From Minisyncoccia bacterium (GTDB lineage Bacteria > Patescibacteriota > Minisyncoccia > JACQLN01), in contig JBASTM010000022.1 of the NCBI GenBank assembly GCA_049274895.1, positions 2,424-66,423 of the forward strand: a DNA stretch of 64,000 bases, read 5' to 3'. Shown piece after piece: positions 37,433-45,896 of the stretch. The translations under genes and the position numbers were made by a program. The notes beneath the pieces were generated by a model. That model worked only from the letters and a program-made list of their open reading frames with translations, made no database searches and was not told where the DNA came from. The number at the start of each line of letters is the position of its first letter. Position 1 is the first letter of the stretch.

Positions 37433-38715
37433 TCAATTCAAAAAAAACAAAATTAGTTTTGTTTTTTTTGGTGTTGGCGTTAACGCCATTTTTGGCTTAC
37501 GCCGACGAGTTGGATGACTTAAGGCAAGAAAGGGAGGGCCTCCAAACCGAAATAGGTCAACTGGAGGCAAAAATAAATGAGTATCAAAAAGAATTAGGCA
37601 ATAAAAGGAGCGAAATCAACACACTTAAAAATGAAATTACCCGCATCAACACCCAAATAAGCAAACTCAATTTAGAAATCAAAAGAACCGAGAACCAAAT
37701 TTACGTCACCCGCCTCAACATTAAGGAAACCCAGACCGACATCCAGCAAACAGAATTGAGTATTATTGAAAAAAGAGAAGTGTTGGGCGAGTTGTTAAGG
37801 GAATTTTACAAATCTAGCGAAGAATCTCCCCTAGAGGTGGCTCTAAAATACGACACTCTGACCGAAGTGGTTAAGCAAACCGAACACTTAAATTCGCTCC
37901 AAGCCAAATTAAACGAGGCACTGTCGGCCACCAAAGTGTTAAAAAATAATTTGGAAAATAAAGAGGTTGTTCTAAAAGAAAACAAAAAGGAATTGGAAAA
38001 TAAAAATACTCAACTCGCCGTCCAGAAAAACGCCCAGCAGTCGGAAAAAACGCGCAAAGACACCGTTCTGAAAGTGACCAAGGGCCAAGAACAAAAATAC
38101 CAACAACTTTTGACTCAAGTGGAACAGGAACAAGCGGAACTTTTGAAGCGCTTGTCCAAGATTGAGGAGGAAATTTTAATACAGAAGAACTTTGTAAGTT
38201 ACTTCCAGGCCGGGGAAATCCCCAAAGCGGGCACCAAACTATTCGTCTGGCCGGAAGATGGCGCCCGTTTAACCCAGAGCTTCGGCATGACCAGCTACGC
38301 CAAGCGCGGAGCTTACGGCGGGCAAGGCCACAACGGCATAGACATAACTTCCGGCATTGCCAGCCCCATTAAAGCCGCGGCTGGAGGCAAAATTGTGGCT
38401 AAGGGTTTGGAATCGTGCCAGAACTACATTCGCCCTTCATGCAACGGCTATTGGGGCAACTGGGTGGCCATACAACACGCCGGCGGCCTAGTAACCCTTT
38501 ACTCGCATCTTTTTAAACCAGCTCATAAAAGCTTAGGAGAGGAAGTGGGATCTGGAGAAACAATTGGTTATGAAGGCGCTACTGGAAACGTCACCGGCCC
38601 GCATTTGCATTTTTCGGTGTTCACCGAGTTCTTCACCTATAAAGACCCTAAGACAGGGGACTTAAGAATCAGTTATAACTATTCCAAAACTTTGAACCCG
38701 CTGGATTATCTATAA
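37429..38715 (+). CDS. M23-family peptidase with N-terminal coiled coil (EnvC-like)
   Basis: Signal peptide, a ~230-aa coiled coil, and a C-terminal M23 domain (HNGIDI...HLHFSV). Confidence 0.8.
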   Translation: MINSKKTKLVLFFLVLALTPFLAYADELDDLRQEREGLQTEIGQLEAKINEYQKELGNKRSEINTLKNEITRINTQISKLNLEIKRTENQIYVTRLNIKETQTDIQQTELSIIEKREVLGELLREFYKSSEESPLEVALKYDTLTEVVKQTEHLNSLQAKLNEALSATKVLKNNLENKEVVLKENKKELENKNTQLAVQKNAQQSEKTRKDTVLKVTKGQEQKYQQLLTQVEQEQAELLKRLSKIEEEILIQKNFVSYFQAGEIPKAGTKLFVWPEDGARLTQSFGMTSYAKRGAYGGQGHNGIDITSGIASPIKAAAGGKIVAKGLESCQNYIRPSCNGYWGNWVAIQHAGGLVTLYSHLFKPAHKSLGEEVGSGETIGYEGATGNVTGPHLHFSVFTEFFTYKDPKTGDLRISYNYSKTLNPLDYL

Positions 38716-38854
38716 ACGCGACACTTTATTAGCCGCCGTTTTGCGATGTTATAAATTAACGTTGCAAAATGGCGGCAAGCTTATGCGATTTAACCTAGGC
38801 ATCCTATGGATCTAATTTAGGGTTAAGTCGCATAACCTACAATGTGCGACGTAG

Positions 38855-39292
38855 CTACTCAAGCCCGGGGCAGTTGCCTGCCGGCCTGAACCCGGCCGTT
38901 TGGGCATCAATAATAGAAGCAAAAAACACTTTATTCCCCTCTTTCATTTTTAGCGCGCCCGGACAATCTTCGTAGTGATATATTTTACTATTTTTATTGC
39001 CGATTATTTTTTTATCGGTGTAGTCAACCCCAACCACAGTTGAGTCAGCCACTTCCCCACCGCCGTTAGTGGGGGAAACATTCTTATCGACCATAGCTTT
39101 TTCCGATGACACAGTGACGATTCTATCTAACTCGGCGGTATTTACCAGTGTGCTCTGGATCTTAAGCTCGGCGGTTTGATACCGGGAACTCAAACGCCCC
39201 AAACCAAAACCAATAAGACCCACCAAAACAATCACCACCACTAAAAATAAACTATCTTGATAAGGTTTTATTTTCTCCACTAGGTTTTTCAT
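38855..39292 (-). CDS. hypothetical membrane-anchored protein with C-terminal Cys/His motif
   Basis: N-terminal TM helix. C-terminal YHYEDCPGA...AGNCPG is a putative metal-binding module. Confidence 0.45.
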   Translation of the reverse strand: MKNLVEKIKPYQDSLFLVVVIVLVGLIGFGLGRLSSRYQTAELKIQSTLVNTAELDRIVTVSSEKAMVDKNVSPTNGGGEVADSTVVGVDYTDKKIIGNKNSKIYHYEDCPGALKMKEGNKVFFASIIDAQTAGFRPAGNCPGLE

Positions 39293-39993
39293 CTTATTCT
39301 TAACAACAAAACCTTTATAAAACTCTCTAAGATTATTTTTAGATTAAATTTGGAACTGCCGAGTTTTCTTTCGGTAAAAACTATAGGCACCTCGCAAATT
39401 TTAAGACCAAGTTTATAGGCCCGATAAGTAGTCTCTATTTGAAAATTGTAGCCCACTGAACTTAACGAGTCTAAATCAATCTTCTCCAACACTTCACTGC
39501 GCCAACACTTAAAACCGCCAGTGAGGTCGCGTACCGGAAGGCCCAGCACGAATCGGGCGTAGCTGTTACTGACTCGGCTTACCAAACGACGCAGGCAACC
39601 CCAGTTTCTGACTCCCCCGCCTTTAACGTAACGCGAACCCAAAACCACGTCACATATTTTTATTTTATTCAAAAAAACAGGAATCTCGGCCGGGTTATGC
39701 GACATGTCGGCATCCATTTGGATAACATAGTCGGGTTTGTTTGGTTGATCCAGCAGATACTTGAAAGCAGTTGTGTAAGCCGTGCCTAATCCCCTTTTTT
39801 TATCCCTGACCATCGCCTTAACCGGATATTTCTGCGCCAGCTCGCGGGCAACTTGGGCTGTACCGTCGGGCGAGTTATCGTCCACCACCATCATCACCAG
39901 GCCAGGAATATTCAAATTAAAAACCTTACCCACCAAAACCGGCAGGTTTTCCTTTTCATTATAGGTTGGCACAACCACCACTACGCTCGTCAC
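39289..39993 (-). CDS. GT2 polyprenol-phosphate glycosyltransferase (dolichol-phosphate mannosyltransferase-like)
   Basis: VVVVPTYNEKENL, the DXD region (VVDDNSPDG), and a DPM1-like length. Confidence 0.8.
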   Translation of the reverse strand: MTSVVVVVPTYNEKENLPVLVGKVFNLNIPGLVMMVVDDNSPDGTAQVARELAQKYPVKAMVRDKKRGLGTAYTTAFKYLLDQPNKPDYVIQMDADMSHNPAEIPVFLNKIKICDVVLGSRYVKGGGVRNWGCLRRLVSRVSNSYARFVLGLPVRDLTGGFKCWRSEVLEKIDLDSLSSVGYNFQIETTYRAYKLGLKICEVPIVFTERKLGSSKFNLKIILESFIKVLLLRIR

Positions 39994-40049
39994 TACCCTA
40001 TCTTAACCCGACTACACCCCAGACCAAAGCCAGGGCCGCCCAGATGTAG

Positions 40050-40892
40050 TTGACCCAGCTGGGCCACTTAAGCAGGGTGGTGGCAGCTATTAAGACGGCG
40101 AGCAAAATGGACCCGCCGCCCATAAATGATTCTGACATTATTTTAATTATAGCACCGCCGAGTTATTATTTATATATGACTCCCCTGCCTCCAGGTCTGA
40201 TATCCGCTATGCTGGCCAGTTCCAGTCTGATGCTGGGTTTGGTTGGGTTGTTGCTAGTTTACACCGCAACCCAAACAGTTATCGCGGCTGGGAAAAGAAT
40301 AGGTTTTATTTTTATTTCAGGCGTTTTGCTTATAGGTTGGTTCGCGGCCGCGGTGACTCTGGCTCGCCGCGGCTTCTTTATTGGAACATCGTTTGCCTTC
40401 CTGCCCAACGTCTCCCTGCTGTTTGTGCCCATAATGACGGTGCTAACCATACTAGCTAAATCCAGCACACTTAAAATTATCGCAGCCAATATCCCCCAAA
40501 CCGGCCTCATGGCCATTCAAACCTTTCGCGTTATGGGTGTGGCTTTTTTAATGCTTTACATTCAAGGCTTGATGCCGGCCGAATTCGCCATCCCTTCCGG
40601 CATAGGTGATGTGATTATTGGCACCACCGCTCCGCTGATGGCTTACCTGATGACTACCAAAAGATCGGAGAGTAAAATATTGGCTGTGATCTGGAACATC
40701 GCCGGTTTCGGCGAACTGTCTTTGGCCATTGTCTTGGGATTTTCCACTTCACCCACTCCCTATCAAACGTTGGCCTTAAACAATCCCAACGACCTTCTTT
40801 TTGCCTATCCCCTCGCCCTAATACCCACTTTCGTCGTGCCGTTGTCATTGATACTGCATATTTTTTCACTGCGGATTTTATTAAAAAAATAA
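40050..40892 (+). CDS. hypothetical polytopic membrane protein
   Basis: Six to seven TM helices. The start is uncertain (MTPLPPG at 40176 is possible). Confidence 0.45.
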   Translation: MTQLGHLSRVVAAIKTASKMDPPPINDSDIILIIAPPSYYLYMTPLPPGLISAMLASSSLMLGLVGLLLVYTATQTVIAAGKRIGFIFISGVLLIGWFAAAVTLARRGFFIGTSFAFLPNVSLLFVPIMTVLTILAKSSTLKIIAANIPQTGLMAIQTFRVMGVAFLMLYIQGLMPAEFAIPSGIGDVIIGTTAPLMAYLMTTKRSESKILAVIWNIAGFGELSLAIVLGFSTSPTPYQTLALNNPNDLLFAYPLALIPTFVVPLSLILHIFSLRILLKK

Positions 40893-40933
40893 AAACAGCG
40901 AGATTTTCTTAGAACTCTCGCTGTTGTGGCTAT

Positions 40934-41209
40934 TCAACTTGAAAAGAACGCAGCTATACCTTCCAGACATGGATCGTCAAAATCCCTAACAAAAACGAAC
41001 CGTGCCATGGTTATACCGTTTACCGAAACATGTCCCAGGAACTCCTTTTTGGGGCGATAGGTCAACTTCCTCTGGCCGTAGCGGGGCCGGTAGATGACGG
41101 CAAAAACCTTGTCCGGCGAATCCTCAGAACCGGAAAGAATCGCTTCTCCGTAAACATCGTATTCTCCGCCTTTGTAATGGCGCCAAACGCCCGGCCTTGT
41201 TTTTTCCAT
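40934..41209 (-). CDS. DUF1653-family protein
   Basis: The WRHYKGGEYDV motif is characteristic of DUF1653. Confidence 0.55.
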   Translation of the reverse strand: MEKTRPGVWRHYKGGEYDVYGEAILSGSEDSPDKVFAVIYRPRYGQRKLTYRPKKEFLGHVSVNGITMARFVFVRDFDDPCLEGIAAFFSS

Positions 41210-41234
41210 GACGTAATCCTCTCTTTCCAGGTTA

Positions 41235-41519
41235 CTAGGGAAACTTCCTTTCTATCGCCTGCTTGATTTCATCCCGATACCCCAGGGATTTCAAAATTAA
41301 AAAAATATCCATAATGCCACCGTCGGTGTAGCCGCGAATTTTGATTCCGGCCTTGGTGTTTTTATTAAAAACCACCGCGCCCGGAGCCATGGAATGATGG
41401 CAGGGATGGTGGGGCCCGAGTATAACCTTTTTTATACCGTCTAAACCCTCCAACCAAACCACTGAACGCTGAAAAACGCCCCGCACTGATGTGTGCTTAC
41501 CGCGCTTGGTTCTGGCCAT
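41235..41519 (-). CDS. hypothetical protein
   Basis: ORF with a His/Cys cluster PHHPCHH. No assignable family. Confidence 0.35.
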   Translation of the reverse strand: MARTKRGKHTSVRGVFQRSVVWLEGLDGIKKVILGPHHPCHHSMAPGAVVFNKNTKAGIKIRGYTDGGIMDIFLILKSLGYRDEIKQAIERKFP

Positions 41520-41588
41520 ATCAACTCTCTTTTTAAGGTACAGTCTTGAATTGCGTTATAATATATCAGATTCCGTAGAAAAAAGAAA

Positions 41589-41612
41589 GAGGCCCCGCGT
41601 TTTCGGGGCCCC
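41589..41612 (-). terminator. rho-independent terminator
   Basis: Minus-strand GGGGCCCCG-AAAACG-CGGGGCC followed by TCTTTCTTTTTT. Confidence 0.7.
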
Positions 41613-41627
41613 CTGATTTACAAATCA

Positions 41628-41831
41628 CTACACCGCGACCACTTCTTTTTCGATCATCGCGTGGCATTCGGCTACGGGAATGAGCGGCTCACCAGGATGT
41701 TTCTCGCCCATGTGAGCGGCAATCCCTTTTTCGTCCATCATGGTTTTGAATTGCGCGACAGCGGCGTCCTTGTCGGCGGCTTCAACGGTCATCATATCTC
41801 CACATTTGCAGGTCATTTTGAAACTTGCCAT
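41628..41831 (-). CDS. DUF1059-family small metal-binding protein
   Basis: MASFKMTCKCGDMMTVEA...AHMGEKHPGE pattern. Confidence 0.55.
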   Translation of the reverse strand: MASFKMTCKCGDMMTVEAADKDAAVAQFKTMMDEKGIAAHMGEKHPGEPLIPVAECHAMIEKEVVAV

Positions 41832-41940
41832 ATTTTTATTTCGTCTAATTTATTTATTTCGACCACTTTAATAATACATGAATGAAATAAATATTCAATA
41901 CTGATATTAATCTATTAAGGTCTCAAGGTCAAACCTTGAT

Positions 41941-41975
41941 AATTTATCTTTGTCCACTTGCGAAATCCTTTCTGG
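41941..41975. repeat. direct repeat (distal copy) of the tRNA-Ser 3' flank and acceptor end
   Basis: CTTTGTCCACTTGCGAAATCCT...GCGGAGG matches 42984-43020 (CTTTCCACTTGCGAAATCCT...GCGGAGG). Confidence 0.6.
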
Positions 41976-42241
41976 CGGAGGCGAGCCTCCTCTGCTAAAG
42001 CTACGGAAGGGCAAGCGAACTCATAATGGAATTGCTCCCCCAATAGCAGTGTATTCTTAAAATAGCTCGAACGGAGTTTGCTCGCCGCGCAGAGCGCGGC
42101 TCGCATGGTGGGGGTGAATAAATTCGGAGCGGCTCCACCGCACATTAACAATTTCAAGTTTTTCCCTGCCCCGTAGTGAAACGAAGTTTCTACTACTGGG
42201 GTTTGGCGGCAAATTCTTGAATCCGCGAAGTGAATGCAAAA

Positions 42242-42835
42242 TTATTTTGTAAATCTAAAAGATGAGAGAATTGATTCAAATAAATTTGTATATTCACTCC
42301 ATTTAGAATCAAGAGCTGTTGTGGCTAATACATAAGCAACATCATTATTATTAATAGTAATTAGATGCCTATCGCGCATTAGCATATTATTTTGCATAAA
42401 AGTAAGGTTAACAATCAATCCTTCTTTCCCGTTAATCGAAACTTTTTCATCAGGATAGAATTTAGCATCTTGTTTATATTTCAACAGTATGCTTTTATCA
42501 AGAGCCACATATTCTTCAAGATTATTTACGCCGAGATTTTTTATCGGTCGAGTTAAAAAATTAATGTTTGCAAAAAATGATTGACTTTGGTCATAATCAG
42601 CTACAGGATTCAAAAATACTACAACCGTTCCTAGTTTACCACTCTCATCTACTGTCCAACCTTGTGGCTGTTTGATTTCAAATCCAAATTTGTCATTTCG
42701 ATACATTCCACCAGAATCAGATTTTATTACAGGTTTTACACCCCACTTATTATTAGTCATATCAAAATAGAAGTAGCCCACAACTGTGATAATAACTAAA
42801 ATGATGGCAGATATAATTACAGATTTTTTGCTCAT
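42242..42835 (-). CDS. hypothetical membrane-anchored/secreted protein
   Basis: N-terminal TM helix. AT-rich codon usage that differs from the neighbours. Lies between the two direct repeats. Confidence 0.5.
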   Translation of the reverse strand: MSKKSVIISAIILVIITVVGYFYFDMTNNKWGVKPVIKSDSGGMYRNDKFGFEIKQPQGWTVDESGKLGTVVVFLNPVADYDQSQSFFANINFLTRPIKNLGVNNLEEYVALDKSILLKYKQDAKFYPDEKVSINGKEGLIVNLTFMQNNMLMRDRHLITINNNDVAYVLATTALDSKWSEYTNLFESILSSFRFTK

Positions 42836-42983
42836 AGAATTTATAAAAATTATTAGTTAATTATTTCGACTTAATAAAATTGATAAAAAATTTCTTTTGC
42901 CCTTCATTGATAAATCCTTTTATTTTTTGCCCAAAAAGCCCTTTCAAATCCTAGCCGAGCGGCGCGTTTCGCGCCGCGAGACA

Positions 42984-43020
42984 TCATCTTTCCACTTGCG
43001 AAATCCTGAATTGCGGAGGG
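42984..43020. repeat. direct repeat (proximal copy) overlapping the tRNA-Ser 3' end
   Basis: See 41941-41975. The GCGGAGG portion is the reverse complement of the tRNA acceptor 3' strand plus discriminator. Confidence 0.6.
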
Positions 43021-43097
43021 TACAGGATTCGAACCTGTGAGGGATTACTCCCACACGCTTTCCAAGCGTGCGCCTTAAACCACTCGGCCAACCCTCC
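43014..43097 (-). tRNA. tRNA-Ser (anticodon GGA)
   Basis: Reverse complement GGAGGGTTGGCCGAGTGG...CACGCTTGGAAAGCGTG...long variable arm...GGTTCGAATCCTGTACCCTCCG. Anticodon loop TTGGAAA gives GGA. CCA is not encoded. Confidence 0.85.
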
Positions 43098-43163
43098 GAC
43101 ATAGGCGGGATTGCGCTTTACAGCCAATCGCTCCGCTCTTGGATAAAACGGGAACAATCAACC

Positions 43164-43200
43164 CTGCCGGCAGGCAGGTAGGCGCACTAGCCTGCCTGCC
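43164..43200. repeat. GC-rich palindrome family copy 2 (CCTGCCGGCAGGCAGG...CCTGCCTGCC)
   Basis: Shares the GCCGGCAGGCAGG core with 5970-5992 and 47608-47630. Sits in a 230-bp GC-rich spacer between tRNA-Ser and htpX. Confidence 0.6.
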
Positions 43201-43331
43201 GAAGCCACGGCGTAGGCGGGACCACTATGAGATGCCTCCGCTACGGAAACAAAAATGTTAACAGCCCGTTAAAAGCAAAACCATTTACTTTTAACCCACT
43301 ATACGACGCCTCCGTACCGATAAGATTAACA

Positions 43332-44267
43332 CTAAACTTTCAACCCCTGCAAAGCCTTTATGCGTTCTTTGAGGGGAGGATGAGTCGAGAAGATACGGGC
43401 GAGCCACGGCATTCCCCGGTCAGCAGACCGCCCTGAGCTTGTCGAAGGGTCGCCATCTTTGTCGGCTCCGAACGGGTTTTCAAAAAACAAATGGGCGGTG
43501 GCGTTGGTGGCGGTGCGGATGGGCCGGCCGTGGGCTGATATTTTTTTAAGCGCCGAAACCAAACCCTCGGGGTAACGAGTCAACAACACCGCCGAAGCGT
43601 CGGCCAAAAATTCGCGCTTGCGCGAAATGGCCAAGTGAATCAGCGAAGCGAAAATCGGGGCTAAAATCGAAAGCACTATTCCCACCAAAATTAAAACACC
43701 CGCCGATCCCCTGTTATCGTTGTCGTGACCGCGACCGAACCACATACTTCGCATAAACATATCCGCCAAAATAGACACAAAGCCCACCAGCACTACCGCC
43801 ACGGTGGAAACCAGCATGTCGCGGTTGCCGATATGCGAAAGTTCGTGGGCCAGAACTCCTTCCAGTTCGGAACGATCCAGCTTTTCCAGCAAACCCGACG
43901 TGACCGCCACCACCGCGTGTTGGGGATTGCGGCCGGTGGCGAAAGCGTTGGGCGCGGGGTCGTTAATTACAAAAAACCGCGGCATGGGCAAACCGGCGGC
44001 AATAGTCAGGTTTTCCAGCACCCGATACAACTCTGGATTTGATTTTAATTCTACCGGCTGGGCTTTATGAAGCGCGAGAACAATCTTGTCGGAATACCAG
44101 TAGCTTATAAAATTCATTACTATACTAAAAACCACGGCGAAATAAAGAATAGAAGGATCGCCGTAGATCCGACTCACCACCCAACCGATACCAATAACCA
44201 AGCCAAAAAACACTACCATCAACAGCCATGTTTTTCGGATATTCGCATCCTTATGGCCATATATGTT
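43332..44267 (-). CDS. htpX: zinc metalloprotease HtpX (M48)
   Basis: HELSHIGNRD (HExxH) plus TM helices. The ORF extends to 44327, but those extra codons are encoded by a terminator hairpin, so the start was set at MNIYGH (44267). Confidence 0.8.
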   Translation of the reverse strand, partial: NIYGHKDANIRKTWLLMVVFFGLVIGIGWVVSRIYGDPSILYFAVVFSIVMNFISYWYSDKIVLALHKAQPVELKSNPELYRVLENLTIAAGLPMPRFFVINDPAPNAFATGRNPQHAVVAVTSGLLEKLDRSELEGVLAHELSHIGNRDMLVSTVAVVLVGFVSILADMFMRSMWFGRGHDNDNRGSAGVLILVGIVLSILAPIFASLIHLAISRKREFLADASAVLLTRYPEGLVSALKKISAHGRPIRTATNATAHLFFENPFGADKDGDPSTSSGRSADRGMPWLARIFSTHPPLKERIKALQGLKV

Positions 44268-44296
44268 CATACAAAGAAAGTATATACTAAAACATA

Positions 44297-44327
44297 AAAA
44301 AATGAAGACTGGCTCCCCAGTCTTCAT
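44297..44327 (-). terminator. rho-independent terminator of the small-protein operon, or a start-codon-sequestering hairpin of htpX
   Basis: Minus-strand AUGAAGACUGG-GGAG-CCAGUCUUCAU (11-bp perfect stem) followed by UUUUUUUAU. Confidence 0.6.
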
Positions 44328-44332
44328 ATGTG

Positions 44333-44512
44333 TTACTTGTCGTGCAGCCAGGCCTCGGCAATGTCCATAGCTTCTCCAGCCGAGTGGGCTTTTCCGATAT
44401 AGGTCAACCCACCCTTATCAACATAGACCTCCAGATCGCTCTTGTCCCAGTGAACATTGTAGGACTTGCGACCGACACCAGATTCTACACTGCCAATCTT
44501 AGTTGCAGCCAT
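44333..44512 (-). CDS. hypothetical small protein (59 aa; below the ORF-track cutoff)
   Basis: Translates to MAATKIGSVESGVGRKSYNVHWDKSDLEVYVDKGGLTYIGKAHSAGEAMDIAEAWLHDK. A GGAGGTAGG RBS sits upstream. The gene starts 6 bp after the zinc-finger gene stop. Confidence 0.5.
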   Translation of the reverse strand: MAATKIGSVESGVGRKSYNVHWDKSDLEVYVDKGGLTYIGKAHSAGEAMDIAEAWLHDK

Positions 44513-44517
44513 CTTTC

Positions 44518-44727
44518 CTACCTCCTTTGAAGGTCGAAGACCGAATTAACACCTCCACAACTGTTGCAGATTACCCATCCACTACTGCAGTTGGTGCATT
44601 TTTCTATCTCTGTTACTTCACGTTTGAAAAAACTTGCTTTTACTTTCACTGTCTTTTTTTCACCACTACCATGACACTGTGGACATCTCACTGTCCCCGT
44701 GCCTTGGCAACGATTACAACTAGGCAT
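44518..44727 (-). CDS. small DnaJ-type zinc-finger protein (CxxCxGxG repeats)
   Basis: CNRCQGTGTVRCPQCHGSG ... CTNCSSGWVICNSCGG. Confidence 0.6.
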   Translation of the reverse strand: MPSCNRCQGTGTVRCPQCHGSGEKKTVKVKASFFKREVTEIEKCTNCSSGWVICNSCGGVNSVFDLQRR

Positions 44728-44752
44728 TTAATCATCTCCTTTCTATCAAAAA

Positions 44753-45001
44753 TTAGTTATTTGGATGCGGTATGCAATCAGTTGGGATATTGCAACCAGC
44801 TTGGACAGCAATTTCATAAGCCCTATTCCACGCGGCTAATATTTCTCTTTCTTTGCGACCGGCCGCTATGAATTTTTGATATTCTCTAGAGAGCAATGCT
44901 GGTCCTTTAATCCTGCAAAACTGATTTTGTATCTCGGCCTCGTGATGAGCGCTACGATACCGCTCCGACAAACTCTTTAGTTTTGAAACTCTCGTGTCCA
45001 T
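44753..45001 (-). CDS. hypothetical protein (82 aa)
   Basis: First ORF of the three-gene small-protein operon. No domain recognised. Confidence 0.4.
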   Translation of the reverse strand: MDTRVSKLKSLSERYRSAHHEAEIQNQFCRIKGPALLSREYQKFIAAGRKEREILAAWNRAYEIAVQAGCNIPTDCIPHPNN

Positions 45002-45146
45002 ATATACTCCTTTTTGTGAGTTGACTACATGGATATTAAAAAGAACTTTTCATAAGTTAGCATATGGCCATATACCTTGTCAAACAAACAGAAACAACCC
45101 CTTTCTAGGGAGATCTTTATGTAATGATCATTTATATGCTCAGTAT

Positions 45147-45707
45147 TTAGAATTTTACCGTAACTGGCTCTTGAGCGGGAGAGTTATCATCAAGATCAAA
45201 AAATTCACGTTTTTTAAAACCAAACATCCCGGCGATAATAAGCGATGGGAAAGAATCCACCATCACATTAAGATCACGCACATTGCCGTTATAGAACCGC
45301 CGGGCCGATTGGATTTTGTTTTCGGTGTCGGCCAGTTCCCTCTGCAAATCCAAAAAATTGGCGTTGGCTTTAAGCTCGGGATAATTTTCGGAAACCGCGA
45401 ACAAGGTCTTGAGCGTATTAGAAAGCATATTTTCCTTGGCCGCTTTTTCGTTGGGATCATGCGCGCCCATCGCGGCCGAACGGGCCTGGGTTACGTTTTC
45501 AAACACCGATCGCTCGTGACCCATATATCCCTTTACTGTTTCTATTACATTGGGAATTAAATCATACCGGCGTTTTAACTGCACCTCAATATCGGAAAAG
45601 GCCTCGTCTATGCGGGTACGCAAAGTTACCAAACGGTTAAAGGCGTAGATAATCCAAAGGACTATTACACCACCCACGCCTATTAGAATCCAAGTGGTTA
45701 AAGTCAT
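45147..45707 (-). CDS. lemA: LemA-family membrane protein
   Basis: N-terminal TM helix plus LemA signature (NRLVTLRTRIDEAFSDIEVQLKRRYDLIPN, LFAVSENYPELKAN). Confidence 0.85.
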   Translation of the reverse strand: MTLTTWILIGVGGVIVLWIIYAFNRLVTLRTRIDEAFSDIEVQLKRRYDLIPNVIETVKGYMGHERSVFENVTQARSAAMGAHDPNEKAAKENMLSNTLKTLFAVSENYPELKANANFLDLQRELADTENKIQSARRFYNGNVRDLNVMVDSFPSLIIAGMFGFKKREFFDLDDNSPAQEPVTVKF

Positions 45708-45780
45708 GGTTTGATTATACCATTAAGTTACTAATTTACAATTATCAATGAAGTATCAAAGTTTTAATTATCAAGTTGTT

Positions 45781-45828
45781 AAATTATAACAAACAACATA
45801 CGATCGTGAAAATAATGTTATAATTTAA
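45781..45828. promoter_or_regulatory. conserved ~46-bp element, copy 3 (reverse orientation); candidate lemA promoter/operator
   Basis: The reverse complement AATTATAACATTATTTTCACGATCGTATGTTGTTTGTTATAATTT matches copy 2 at about 42 of 46 positions. Confidence 0.6.
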
Positions 45829-45896
45829 TTGAAGATTAAAAAAATTAAAGACTTGATGATTGATTGAAAATTGAAAATTGAAACTTGAAAATTATA

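Noticed and set aside
41960-42240. Possible tmRNA or tRNA-like gene in the structured stretch next to the distal direct repeat
   Set aside because: GGAGG-CGAG-CCTCC is a simple tetraloop hairpin, not a T-arm. No plausible tag-peptide reading frame ending in ..AA-stop was found. No GGGG...CCA acceptor pairing.
44330-44871. Plus-strand ORFs 44330-44530 and 44503-44871
   Set aside because: They are antisense to the tightly coupled minus-strand small-protein operon, which has RBSs and a DnaJ-type zinc-finger signature.
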